Shown here: positions 51,674 through 63,621 of the stretch, in pieces
How positions within the stretch are numbered: the stretch's first letter is position 1
Layout: every line of letters starts with the position of its first letter
DNA from: Haliotis cracherodii
Taxonomy: Eukaryota
NCBI RefSeq assembly: GCF_022045235.1
Contig: NW_027266264.1
Span: 81,158,001 to 81,222,000, forward strand
DNA: 64,000 bases
Reading direction: 5' to 3'
The notes under the pieces: generated by a model
Databases searched by the model: none
The model's input: only the letters and a program-made list of their open reading frames with translations
Told to the model about the DNA's origin: nothing
Position numbers and translations under genes: made by a program

Positions 51674-53748
51674 AGGGGCACTGATCTAACGCAATTCCCC
51701 GGGACTGGTTGTTGCCTTTGTTATTGTTTTTTCCCAGTGAGTACCCGGATGTAGAGCAGAAATCTAGACTAGTTCGCGACCTCTGTTGCGCCATTCGTAA
51801 GCGCATTAGTCACGTTTATGGATACCGGTAGTAATAAGAGCGTATGGTCACATTGATCAACAAAATGAAATACAGTTTTCGAGATAATAAGGAAATGTAG
51901 GTATCTTTGTGGGTAGCATCGGTAATGGTGACGAAGTTTTGATAAGTCACTTGCTTGGTAATTTTGCGATTTTCGTTTACACTATTTTGACTTGCAACAC
52001 AAAGTAAATATCTCACCTGAGCATTGCTTTTTTTATAGTGTGTATATTTTTTTACTGTCAAAATGTGTAACATATTTATTAAACGTATAAATATTCAGTT
52101 ATTTTACAAAGTGACTGAAAAACATTTCCATCTGTATTATTATGATAACGAATTCCAAACATTTTGATGTTCAATGTCATCACCAAGAGACTGAAAATGT
52201 TACGTTGAAAAGTACATTTCTATGTTGTTTGGCTTCTAATCCTACATAATAATCTGTTGTGATGTTTGTAGGCCCTTTTGATCGTCTTAATCAATCTGGA
52301 CAGATTTTTTAGTCAAAATGACTGAAATATTTACACATTTTATAAATTGCCTGAGAGAATCACATTTTACAAATTGACGGTAATCTATACACGCTTACAA
52401 AGGAAATGACCTGTGAAAACAACGTCTATGGCGCATTGAAGAATTTCCCAACCAAGACGTAGAGAAACAAGAACGAATCGGTTCAAATGAAGGAAAACAA
52501 AATGCAAATACCATAATTACAACTTACCAAATTTATGTGTATAAATAGGCTGCTTCCTTGTTCGAGGAATGTATCCGTGAATATCCACACAAAGGAATAA
52601 TGTGCCACTCATCTGCAGCTATACAAAATAACTTATTCGATGTCACGTGTCTCTGTAACTATCAAATATTCTAAAAGATATATATCGTTTCGGGATATTA
52701 TAACCAGTGTTCGTTTCTCAACTGATCACTTGGATTGTTTCAGGTGTTTCACATAGGTGTCAAGTCTCAAGGGTTGGCTGAGAAAGCCCACGTGACAACT
52801 ATTTTCATTACGTCCACGGTTCCTAAAAAATCCACTGAGTTTGATAACAATGAGCAACCAATCAACGTATTATCAGTTAACCCTTTGAACAAAGTATGTT
52901 GTTTTTACATCGGCACTTCACGCCATGATATGAGTGTATTCCCTTTGTTTTAGTAAACCTAGACATGTAAACACTCACTTTTGACATATCCACTGTGCAA
53001 GATAACAGTGATTAATCAATCAACGTATTTTCTGTTAATCCTTTGATGACTAGGAACGATCCGTTGATTTACCTAAAAAAGTAAATCAACTGATCATTCA
53101 TCTCTTGCTGGGCTGCCACGTGCATATTACATAACGCACATTTCACCTCACTTCAAACCTGGATTTAGATTGAATAATTACCCCAGACACAATAAATGCC
53201 AAATGAGAACCTTTGTCAGGTAATCTAAGTGGTGCTACCACTAATTGTACCTGTAATAAATTCATTAACTGAGCATCAAGTGAATGACGACAAATACACA
53301 AGTGTAGGGTTATACGAGAAAATGTGGATGACAACAAGGGAGTAGTAATCGTATTATCGACGCAATCCGAAATCCGAAATCCGAAAATGCTTTCACTGCA
53401 TGGATACTTTTTTTTAGTATTAAACTATAACCATCTGGGGTATTTCCAAATGACGACTTCCGATGAGCTCCGCCGTTCTTTTTGTCTGTTTGTTTAGGCT
53501 GAAGAAATTAATTAACATGCGCCCTTTGTCGAATCTTTATAGATCACATTTAACCAATCAGTGTTTATTCAAAAATGCGTAAAACAAATATTGCCAACAG
53601 CCTCCAAGTTTATTTAGCTGTCCTTGCAGACGGTAGCCCAGTCTCTGGTCACGCTCAGTTGCGTTGCGTATCATCCGGGTACTCACGGGGGAAAAACAAT
53701 AACAAAGGCAACAACCAGTCCGGGGAATGGCGTTAGATCAGTGCCCCT
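51674..53748. mobile_element. Non-autonomous Kolobok-like DNA transposon (2075 bp)
   Basis: ~77-bp TIRs AGGGGCACTGATCTAACGC.../...GCGTTAGATCAGTGCCCCT flanked by TTAA on both sides (51670-51673, 53749-53752). RR..YY termini with TTAA fit Kolobok rather than piggyBac; no transposase ORF. Confidence 0.85.
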
Positions 53749-54852
53749 TTAAACGATACAGCCGATTTCAACTTCGGCCAAGATGGCGAGTGATGTACCT
53801 TGTCTATTTATATATATGGGTCCAGTGTTTCAGTTCTATCACTATCCTACTTCAGGGGCCTGTGCCCTTGTCTAATGTCAAAATCAAGAAATAGAAAAGC
53901 GATAGATATCACCTTCCTGAGTGTCAATATCGATATATATACTGTACTGGATTGGCTAACAAGAGTGGTGTTACCCATATAATCAGACTGACAGTCAGTG
54001 GCAATTCTAAAATAACAAAAAATATAAGATACATGAGTGGTATGGCAAGATATAACTAACACTAGAATTGGGACCACCAAAGCATCAATCCATGTCAGTG
54101 CATCACGACTGAAGCCTTGTCATGTCAGCGAGCTCTCGTGCATGGTCCCTTGCAGAAAGTTGTAGGAGCTTTCCACCGGAAGTCCGGACAGAACAAATTG
54201 AGATTGTCGTGAAAGAGGATTTTTCTTTTATCTGAGCTTCTGTTATAGGTGTATGCTCTGATAGTCCTATAAGGGGTATAATAAGATATCCGGCAACATA
54301 TATCCGACCATAAGTTTGCAAATAGCCAACTGTATATGTCGTTATTTTCTCATTATAGGAAACGGTATCACTATCGACATTTCTGGAAGCGTGACCGAGA
54401 TATTGACATCTTTGACAACGATTTCAGTGTAAACTACGTACGTGCTTTACCCTTACACATTGAAACGCTTCCACTGTTCACCCCGGTACTGTAATTTAGA
54501 CATGCCCATGCTTTACTTTAAACAAATGCTAATTATAGATATGACCGGTCTGTTGCGTTTGAATCCAATAAATATTCTAGGCTACTTTCTCTCTCGACTG
54601 ACGGATGTCGTCAGATATGTCTCTTTATTGTGCTTGAGCACATCGTCGATATCTATATTTCCGTTTTGTTTCTAATTTGACGTAAAGAATTAGGAATATG
54701 CTGGTGATGATAAATATGGCAGATTTCAATTTACAGAGAGACGGAAATAAAAACAACTTTAGGCTCAAAGTCCACAATGACAGGGTAATGCCCTTAACAA
54801 TTTGGGCAAACTGTAATTCAAATATATGTAACAAGCATTTCTAGCAGTAGTA

Positions 54853-55021
54853 CCCAGCACATGTGCTGTCCATTTGGTCCTTTTTATTGAGCACATGTGC
54901 TGTCGAATATTTCCTAGTACATGTGCTGTCCAATCCAATTGGTCCTTATTACCCAGTTCATGTGCCGTCCAATCCAATTGGTCCTTATTTCCCAGTACAT
55001 GTGCCGCCCAATTGGTCCCTA
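54853..55021. repeat. Short ~40-bp tandem repeat, ~4 copies
   Basis: CCCAGTACATGTGC(T/C)GTCCAATCCAATTGGTCCTTATT. Confidence 0.75.
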
Positions 55022-55534
55022 TCGGGATTAAATCTCACACTTCCCATGCCAGTGTATATATTTGTTCAGTCAAAATATTATGAGGTCCCCTGCTATGAAC
55101 TCTCTATAAATCAATTCAACGGCCTTCTATTTGTCTAAGCTTGATCAGCTCAATCAATAGTTGTAGTACATGATCAACTTGTCCCAAATGTGGGTTAGTG
55201 AAATGTAACTACTGGGTTCTATCCCTGCATACCTTAGTCAAAGTATTTTTGAAGTTGTAGGCCATTTAGATGAAAATATTGTTTTCTGATTTACGAATGC
55301 CAGTGAGTATTTGATGCCTAGAAATTTCAATTGATACCTACTGTATCCAATGTTATAATTTCTGTATATTCACAGCAGTAGTTTTCATTGCCAGTGTCAA
55401 GTCCAGAATATTTCTGGTATTCAAATTCCATTTGACAGCATTTTTCAAACACTCGTATTGCATAACATGTCCAGTCATTGAAATAAACATAGGTGGTGAT
55501 TTCGATGAATTCAGTTGTGACTTATGTTACAGTT

Positions 55535-56041
55535 ATGGAGGCCAAGGGAGACAGTGCTGCCACAGTTGTTTCTCCTAATCCAGCATCAGATTTTATGGAT
55601 GAGCGAGGTGATGCCTCATCTCATGGAGGCAACACTCAGGTGGTAGAGACACAGGAAAGTGAAGCCTCAAATCTTGATGCAGAACCTCAAGCAGCAGAGC
55701 AGTCTGTGACTGAAAGTAAACCAGATGAAGCACCTGGGCCCACTAGTGCTGCCACAAATAATGGTGAAAAAGACAGTATTGCATCTGATGAAAATGTGGA
55801 CTTGACACAAGATGATAAGGAAGGTAGTTCTGATTCTCAGAGTGAACCGTTTGAGATGCTGAAAATACCTGATCAAGGGGAGGCAACTCCAACACATTCC
55901 AATATTGGTGATGAGGCTGAAATAGTGGATGACACAAAGGACGTAGACCCAGACAGTGTGAAAGAAAAGGATGTGCCTGTGGAGAAGGAAGAGGAAGATG
56001 GTTGTATGGACATACTGGGAAATGGTTTGCTGAGGAAGAAG
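55535..56041 (+). CDS. FKBP8: FKBP8 (FKBP38) exon: acidic N-terminus and start of FKBP domain
   Basis: Acceptor atgttacAG at 55531-55532, ATG 55535; Glu/Asp-rich; ends MDILGNGLLRKK (human WLDILGNGLLRKK); AAG|GTACTT donor. True start may lie in an upstream exon. Confidence 0.92.
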
Positions 56042-56209
56042 GTACTTGCGTTTAAGTCATGGGTTACCTCTATTATTTAGAAATAATGTGAAAGGGATTT
56101 TTAACTGTTTTAATGAGATAATCACGTTTGGACACAAAATATTTCCATATTGGTTTTCAATATTATCATCTGATATTGATGTGAATGTTATTTCACTCTG
56201 TTCCACTAG

Positions 56210-56357
56210 GTGACAAAGAAGGGAGAAGGCCACGATTCACGTCCTCAACACGGCGACATGGTGACACTGAAAGCTGAGGGTCGTCTTGATAATGGCACGG
56301 TTGTAGACAAGCAGGAGGCTGTCACATTTGCACTTGGAGATGGCGATGTTATACAAG
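56210..56357 (+). CDS. FKBP8: FKBP8 exon (FKBP domain)
   Basis: VTKKGEGHDSRPQHGDMVTLKAEGRLDNGTVVDKQEAVTFALGDGDVIQ; phases 0/1 fit. Confidence 0.93.
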
Positions 56358-56754
56358 GTCAGAGTTCATTCTAGATTTGTTAAGTTTATGATGAGGCATG
56401 AAGGTGATAAGGCGAAGTACACCCATTAATATGATAGTTACACACTTGTTTTCGTTTGTCGAACCCAGTCTAACCAGTGAATAACAGCTTCATCTTACTC
56501 CTCATTCCAGGCTTCAAGTTTTCACATTATTCTTCATCACAAGCAGGGTTTGACATTTCATCATTATATGCTATTATATTTTCATCACCCCAGTATGCTC
56601 TATTTCTTTTAAAAACATGTGTTTCTATAACTTACTTTATCGTCATTAGCACTGAATGGCGACTATATGAATTTATGAATGTAATATTTTTAACTAATCC
56701 TGTCTCACACCATGCATTTCTCATTCTTCTTTCGATCCTAAGTTGAAATGTGCC

Positions 56755-58192
56755 TAACACACCTAGCATCACCATTGTTCACCCTCACACACCTAGCATC
56801 ACCATTGTTCACCCTCACACACCTAGCATCACCATTGTTCACCCTCACACACCTAGCATCACCATTGTTCACCCTCACACACCTAGCATCACCATTGTTC
56901 ACCCTCACACACCTAGCATCACCATTGTTCACCCTCACACACCTAGCATCACCATTGTTCACCCTCACACACCTAGCATCACCATTGTTCACCCTCACAC
57001 ACCTAGCATCACCAGTGTTCACCCTCACACACCTAGCATCACCATTCTTCACCCTCACACACCTAGCATCACCATTGTTCACCCTCACACACCTAGCATC
57101 ACCATTCTTCACCCTCATACACCTAGCATCACCGTTGTTCACCCTCACACACCTAGCATCACCATTGTTCACCCTCACACACCTAGCATCACCAGTGTTC
57201 ACCCTCACACACCTAGCATCACCATTGTTCACCCTCACACACCTAGCATCACCATTGTTCACCCTCACACACCTAGCATCACCATTGTTCACCCTCACAC
57301 ACCTAGCGTCACCAGTGTTCACCCTCACACACCTAGCGTCACCATTGTTCACCCTCACACACCTAGCATCACCATTGTTCACCCTCACACACCTAGCATC
57401 ACCATTGTTCACCCTCACACACCTAGCATCACCAGTGTTCACCCTCACACACCTAGCATCACCATTGTTCACCCTCACACACCTAGCATCACCATTGTTC
57501 ACCCTCACACACCTAGCATCACCATTGTTCACCCTCACACACCTAGCATCACCATTGTTCACCCTCACACACCTAGCATCACCACTGTTCACCCTCACAC
57601 ACCTAGCATCACCATTGTTCACCCTCACACACCTAGCATCACCAGTGTTCACCCTCACACACCTAGCATCACCAGTGTTCACCCTCACACACCTAGCATC
57701 ACCAGTGTTCACCCTCACACACCTAGCATCACCATTGTTCACCCTCACACACCTAGCATCACCATTGTTCACCCTCACACACCTAGCATCGCCATTGTTC
57801 ACCCTCACACACCTAGCATCACCATTGTTCACCCTCACACCTAGCATCACCATTGTTCACCCTCACACACCTAGCATCACCATTGTTCACCCTCACACAC
57901 CTAGCATCACCGTTGTTCACCCTCACACACCTAGCATCACCATTGTTCACCCTCACACACCTAGCATCACCATTGTTCACCCTCACACACCTAGCATCAC
58001 CATTGTTCACCCTCACACACCTAGCATCACCATTGTTCACCCTCACACACCTAGCATCACCATTGTTCACCCTCACACACCTAGCATCACCGTTGTTCAC
58101 CCTCACACACCTAGCATCACCAGTGTTCACCCTCACACACCTAGCATCACCATTGTTCACCCTCACACACCTAGCATCACCATTGTTCACCT
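56755..58192. repeat. 30-bp minisatellite, ~48 copies, FKBP8 intron
   Basis: ACCTAGCATCACCATTGTTCACCCTCACAC. Confidence 0.97.
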
Positions 58193-58322
58193 CCCATCAA
58201 TCTGGGTCATGCACGCTTTTCATGTCGGTTGACCAACACACGCTGAACACATGATTTCCCCAGCCAACTCATTCTCTTTCTAATCGCCACATGCTTACTT
58301 CAAGGGAATCCATTTGGTTTTC

Positions 58323-58607
58323 AGGGGGCAAGGGTGGCCCAGTCGTCTAAGGCGCCGCGATTCGCTGTGCAGAGTTGCATTCCTTGGGCACGCCAGAAAC
58401 CTATGATTGTGGGTTCGAATCCCGGTTCGCCTCGATTATGTTTCTAGGTTTGTCAGCACAATACCTGTGCTCGTGGGTTTCACCGAAGTGGTAAATGTCT
58501 GAGACCTGCATCACTTCAGGCTTTCCTCCCACATTAAGCTGACACGCCGTGATATAACTGGAATACTGTTAAAAGCGGTGTTAAACCCCAACTCACTCAC
58601 ACTCACT
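58323..58607 (+). mobile_element. SINE family C, full length
   Basis: Perfect 12-bp TSD CATTTGGTTTTC (58311-58322, 58608-58619); A/B boxes; ACTC tail. Confidence 0.93.
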
Positions 58608-59066
58608 CATTTGGTTTTCTCGTTTTCCAATTTTGTCTCTGCAATTTTTCCAGTCTTTGTCTTCCTCTTGGCGTCTTTGTCATCACCAATATACACATAT
58701 CTATAAATTCTGTCATGGTCATTAGCACTGAATGGCGACTGTATAAATTTATGAATGTAATTATTGTTGGGTGTGTAATTGCCAACTGTTCATTCATTAC
58801 ATTTACATAGGTACAATGAGTGCACACAATACTGACTCAACACCTTACAGTGTTTATAATGGGTTCAATTCCCAGTGGTAGAAACTAAGTTTTAGTACAC
58901 TAGTCCTTATGCTGATAACATATAGCAAAACAATGAATGTGAATGGCACAGTGGCTTTGCCAAGCATGAAGTAATCAATGTCTTCAATATAGCTTTTTGT
59001 CTAAACAACATATTTGTTATTTCCAGTCTAATATTTTGTCTTGAAACAAGCTTATTCTTCCTCCAG

Positions 59067-59154
59067 CCTGGGACCTGGCAGTGTCTTTGATGGAGACAGG
59101 AGAGCACTGTGAACTCATTACAGCAGCTAAATATGCATTTGGAGCCACCGGCAG
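59067..59154 (+). CDS. FKBP8: FKBP8 exon (FKBP domain)
   Basis: AWDLAVSLMETGEHCELITAAKYAFGATGR; ttcttcctccAG / GTATGG; phases 1/2. Confidence 0.93.
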
Positions 59155-61252
59155 GTATGGGAGTTGTCCTGGCTTCCGATCACTTAGTGTAGCAGTGTCT
59201 GCCAGAGTTACCTAACCTTGACGTAGTGGTATGGAGGTTGTCCTGGCTTCCTATCGCTTAGTGTAGCAGTGTCTGGCAGAGTTACCTAACTTTGATGTAG
59301 TGGTATGGGGGTTGTCCTGTCTTCCGATCGCTTAGTGTAGCAGTGTCTGGCAGAGTTACCTAACTTTGATGTAGTGGTATGGAGGTTGTCCTGGCTTCCG
59401 ATCGCTTAGTGTAGCAGTGTCTGGCAGAGTTACCTAACTTTGATGTAGTGGTATGGGGGTTGTCCTGGCTTCCGATCGCTTAGTGTAGCAGCGTCTGCCA
59501 GAGTTACCTGACCTGGATGTAGTGGTATGGAGGTTGTCCTGGCTTCCGATCGCTTAGTGTAGCAGTGTCTGCCAGAGTTACCTAACCTTGACCTAGTGGT
59601 ATGGCGGTTGTCCTGGCTTCCGATCGCTTAGTGTAGCAGTGTCTGGCAGAGTTACCTAACCTGGATGTAGTGGTATGGGGGTTGTCCTGGCTTCTGATCG
59701 CTTAGTGTAGCAGCGTCTGCCAGAGTTACCTGACCTGGATGTAGTGGTATGGAGGTTGTCCTGGCTTCCGATCGCTTAGTGTAGCAGTGTCTGCCAGAGT
59801 TACCTAACCTTGACGTAGTGGTATGGAGGTTGTCCTGGCTTCTGGTCGCTTAGTGTAGCAGTGTCTGCCAGAGTTACCTAACCGTGACCTAGTGGTATGG
59901 GGGTTGTCCTGGCTTCCGATCGCTTAGTATAGCCATGTCTGCCAGAGTTAGCTAACCTGGATGTAGTGCTATGGAGGTTGTCCTGGCTTCCGATCGCTTA
60001 GTGTAGCAGTGTCTGCCAGAGTTAGCTAACCTGGATGTAGTGCTATGGAGGTTGTCCTGGCTTCCGATCGCTTAGTGTAGCAGTGTCTGCCAGAGTTACC
60101 TGACCTGGATGTAGTGCTATGGAGGTTGTCCTGGCTTCCGATCGCTTAGTGTAGCAGTGTCTGCCAGAGTTAGCTAACCTGGATGTAGTGGTATGGAGGT
60201 TGTCCTGGCTTCCGATCGCTTAGTATAGCCATGTCTGCCAGAGTTAGCTAACCTGGATGTAGTGGTATGGGGGTTGTCCTGGCTTCTGATTGCTTAGTGT
60301 AGCAGTGTCTGCCAGAGTTACCTGACCTGGATGTAGTGCTATGGAGGTTGTCCTGGCTTCCGATCGCTTAGTGTAGCAGTGTCTGCCAGAGTTAGCTAAC
60401 CTGGATGTAGTGGTATGGAGGTTGTCCTGGCTTCTGGTCGCTTAGTGTAGCAGTGTCTGCCAGAGTTACCTAACCTTGACCTAGTGGTATGGGGGTTGTC
60501 CTGGCTTCCGATCGCTTAGTGTAGCAGTGTCTGCCAGAGTTAGCTAACCTGGACATCGTGGTATGGGGGTTGTCCTGGCTTCCGATCGCTTAGTGTAGCA
60601 GTGTCTGCCAGAGTTACCTAACCTTGACGTAGTGGTATGGAGGTTGTCCTGGCTTCCGATCGCTTAGTATAGCCATGTCTGCCAGAGTTAGCTAACCTGG
60701 ATGTAGTGGTATGGAGGTTGTCCTGGCTTCTGATTGCTTAGTGTAGCAGTGTCTGCCAGAGTTACCTGACCTGGATGTAGTGCTATGGTGGTTGTCCTGG
60801 CTTCCGATCGCTTAGTATAGCCATGTCTGCCAGAGTTACCTGACCTGGATGTAGTGCTATGGAGGTTGTCCTGGCTTCCGATCGCTTAGTATAGCCATGT
60901 CTGCCAGAGTTACCTGACCTGGATGTAGTGGTATGGGGGTTGTCCTGACTTCCGATCGCTTAGTGTAGCAGCGTCTGCCAGAGTTACCTGACCTGGACAT
61001 CGTGGTATGGAGGTTGTCCTCGCTTCCGATCACTTACGATCGCTTAGTGTAGCAGCGTCTGCCAGAGTTACCTTACTTGGATGTAGTGGTATGGAGGTTG
61101 TCCTGACTTCCGATCACTTACGATCGCTTAGTGTAGCAGCGTCTGCCAGAGTTACCTTACTTGGATGTAGTGGTATGGCGGTTGTCCTGACTTCTGATCG
61201 CTTAGTGTAGCAGCGTCTGGCAGAGTTACCTAACCTTGACATCGAGGTATGA
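59155..61252. repeat. 74-bp minisatellite, ~28 copies, starting exactly at the FKBP8 donor site
   Basis: GTATGGAGGTTGTCCTGGCTTCCGATCGCTTAGTGTAGCAGTGTCTGCCAGAGTTACCTAACCTTGACGTAGTG. Confidence 0.97.
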
Positions 61253-61683
61253 TAATTAATTTAGCATCAATTGATAACGATATGTCATATGACTAATTGT
61301 ATGAGATGAAAGCTCCCTAACAGTGTGGATAATTGCTCCTGTCAATGTTTTGTCAGGTTCTGTCTTTAGTATTTACTGACTATGACTACTGACTTTGCTG
61401 TTATACTGCTGTTATTGTACTGACACTATCAACCACTTGTTTGCCTTTGTCATGCAAATTACTTGTACACCACTATAATGACTCTCAGCTGGTACCACAG
61501 TGTGAATACTTTTCATTCACTGATCATGTCAGTCATAGATGTCCCTTTCAAGTAGGTATTTGTGATGCGTCACTTACTTTGATCAAATGGAATATATTTG
61601 GAATCTGTTTGATTGGCTCTCTCTATTCCTGCTGATACTTCAAAATGAGATGCTAATGTAGCTTCTTCTTGTGGACATTGCAG

Positions 61684-61794
61684 AGAGCCAGACATCCCTG
61701 CTGATGCCACCATCACGTACACCCTGGAGCTCGTCAGCAAAGAGCAAAGCCCCATGCTCAGCAGCCTGTCGTTGATAGAGCGCTTGAAGAAAGG
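61684..61794 (+). CDS. FKBP8: FKBP8 exon (end of FKBP domain, linker)
   Basis: REPDIPADATITYTLELVSKEQSPMLSSLSLIERLKKG; phases 2/2. Confidence 0.92.
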
Positions 61795-62951
61795 GTAGGT
61801 TCATGCTGAGAATTTCACATGGCGTATATATGCTCTTGGTTGATGCTAGAAAATCAGCTTATTAGGTTGACAGAGAAACAAATGTTTTCTGGGCATCAGG
61901 TTTTCATTTTGACACCTGTGACTTGGGCCTCTATTTCTATTTCATACATTTTATTTCTAAATAATATATTCAGGGTTCTGTTATCTATTCCTAGAAAATA
62001 TATCCCTGGTTTAACAAGTTACAGGAAGTGACGACAGATTGTAAGGGCTTCTAAGCCAGTTTAACAGAGAAGAAGGATGAGCTGTTGCAGACAATTGGTG
62101 TCTTGGTCACTAAGGCTGAAGAAGCTGATCTGTTACCTTGTTTGATTTAGGGCGGAATGTAAAGTTGACTTCCGTTGGTACTCAGAGAACTCACCCAAGT
62201 ATTAATAAAAGTTTTAACTTTCATCGACTTGTGTTGATATATTTGATGTAAAATATCCTCATGTGTGATTCTTTGTTTATCATCTAAAATCATTCTTTGA
62301 ACTTTTTTGAGTTTGTAAACAATAATAACCTGCGTCCTGAATGAAGTTACAATTACCTGCAAAACATTATACAATTTCATTGCAATCTAATTAAAAACAT
62401 ATCTTATAGGACAACCTATTACGGGGCATGCCGTATTTTGAACTTATCAGAGTTTTATTGAACTCACCAAAGTGATATCTCCCATGGGAGCCAGTTTTGG
62501 ATAAAAGGTTTGTTTTAGGCTAAAATCAAAAATAGTCTTGGTTCTCAGGCACTGCCCGCATCATCATAAAGTTCGCCGCACGTTTCGTTTTTATTTCCAT
62601 TTTTGTCACCACCCCAATCCTTAGATATTTCGAGTCCAACGGTAGTCAAATACTGTATTCCAGTATTTTACTCATGAAGGAATACATTTCTGTAGGTAGG
62701 CCCTTTCCCAGGTTGATTGTTCACAATTGTGTATTGATTAAACAACTGTTTATTGGTTACATACTAGTTTGAACAACTAAAAAAAAAAAGATACCTCCCG
62801 ACCGCACTATATTTTCGAAAAACATTGCTTGAAAACCATTTCTTTTATTTTTTTAAGCCTTAAATAAAAAATATTGGTCCTCCCTCCATCATCACCATAA
62901 AAGAAGCTGTTAACAGAGTCTCTGTTATGTTTGTTTTTCTCTTGTTCCCAG

Positions 62952-63026
62952 GGAAACAAAGCGAGAGAGGGGCAACTTCCTGTTTGGAAGGAAGGATTAC
63001 ACTGGAGCCATTAACTCCTACTCTAA
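62952..63026 (+). CDS. FKBP8: FKBP8 exon (TPR1)
   Basis: ETKRERGNFLFGRKDYTGAINSYS; phases 2/2. Confidence 0.92.
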
Positions 63027-63444
63027 GTATGTTCCAGGCACGCACATGGATGATGCCTTTCTGTGTTGATGTACACTTGTGTCATTAATCATATAAATAT
63101 TCAGTATGTTATTCTTGGAGATTTCTTGAATTAATGTCCACATATCTTGCTTTATGGAGTATAGTTTTGTGATCACTTGTGAATTTGTCAGTTTCAAGTT
63201 TCGTACGCCACTTGAGGAAACAAACGTTGCATCTTCTAGACAGAGACAGGAATTATCGTACACTGGATATATAAAGAACTGAAACACAATGGTTAATATT
63301 CAATCTGTTAATATTTCGTTGACTCACTAACCCCAATTACAATTAATTTCAAGACTGATTAATCACTCAGCTTGTAGTTTGTCAGTGTTATGTCACTAGC
63401 ATGTAATGGCAACAGTCATACATGTATATGTGTGTATTCTCCAG

Positions 63445-63562
63445 GGCCATTACGGTACTGGAATATCCTGGCAGCACTGATGGCGCCGAGACCAACACAT
63501 TGCAGGAAGTCTTGGACTCCAAACTCAAATGCTACAACAATTTGGCTGCTTCTCAACTAAAG
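63445..63562 (+). CDS. FKBP8: FKBP8 exon (into TPR2); gene continues beyond the window
   Basis: KAITVLEYPG...LDSKLKCYNNLAASQLK (human KCLNNLAASQLK); AAG|GTAGGT. Confidence 0.93.
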
Positions 63563-63621
63563 GTAGGTTCATTTCACACTGCAGTCTCGCATGGACATAT
63601 GAACACCATGACATAACTCAA

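Noticed and set aside
56738-58254. ORFs of 364-494 aa containing (THLASPLFTL)n or (VRVNNGDARC)n
   Set aside because: 30-bp intronic minisatellite lying between phase-compatible FKBP8 exons.
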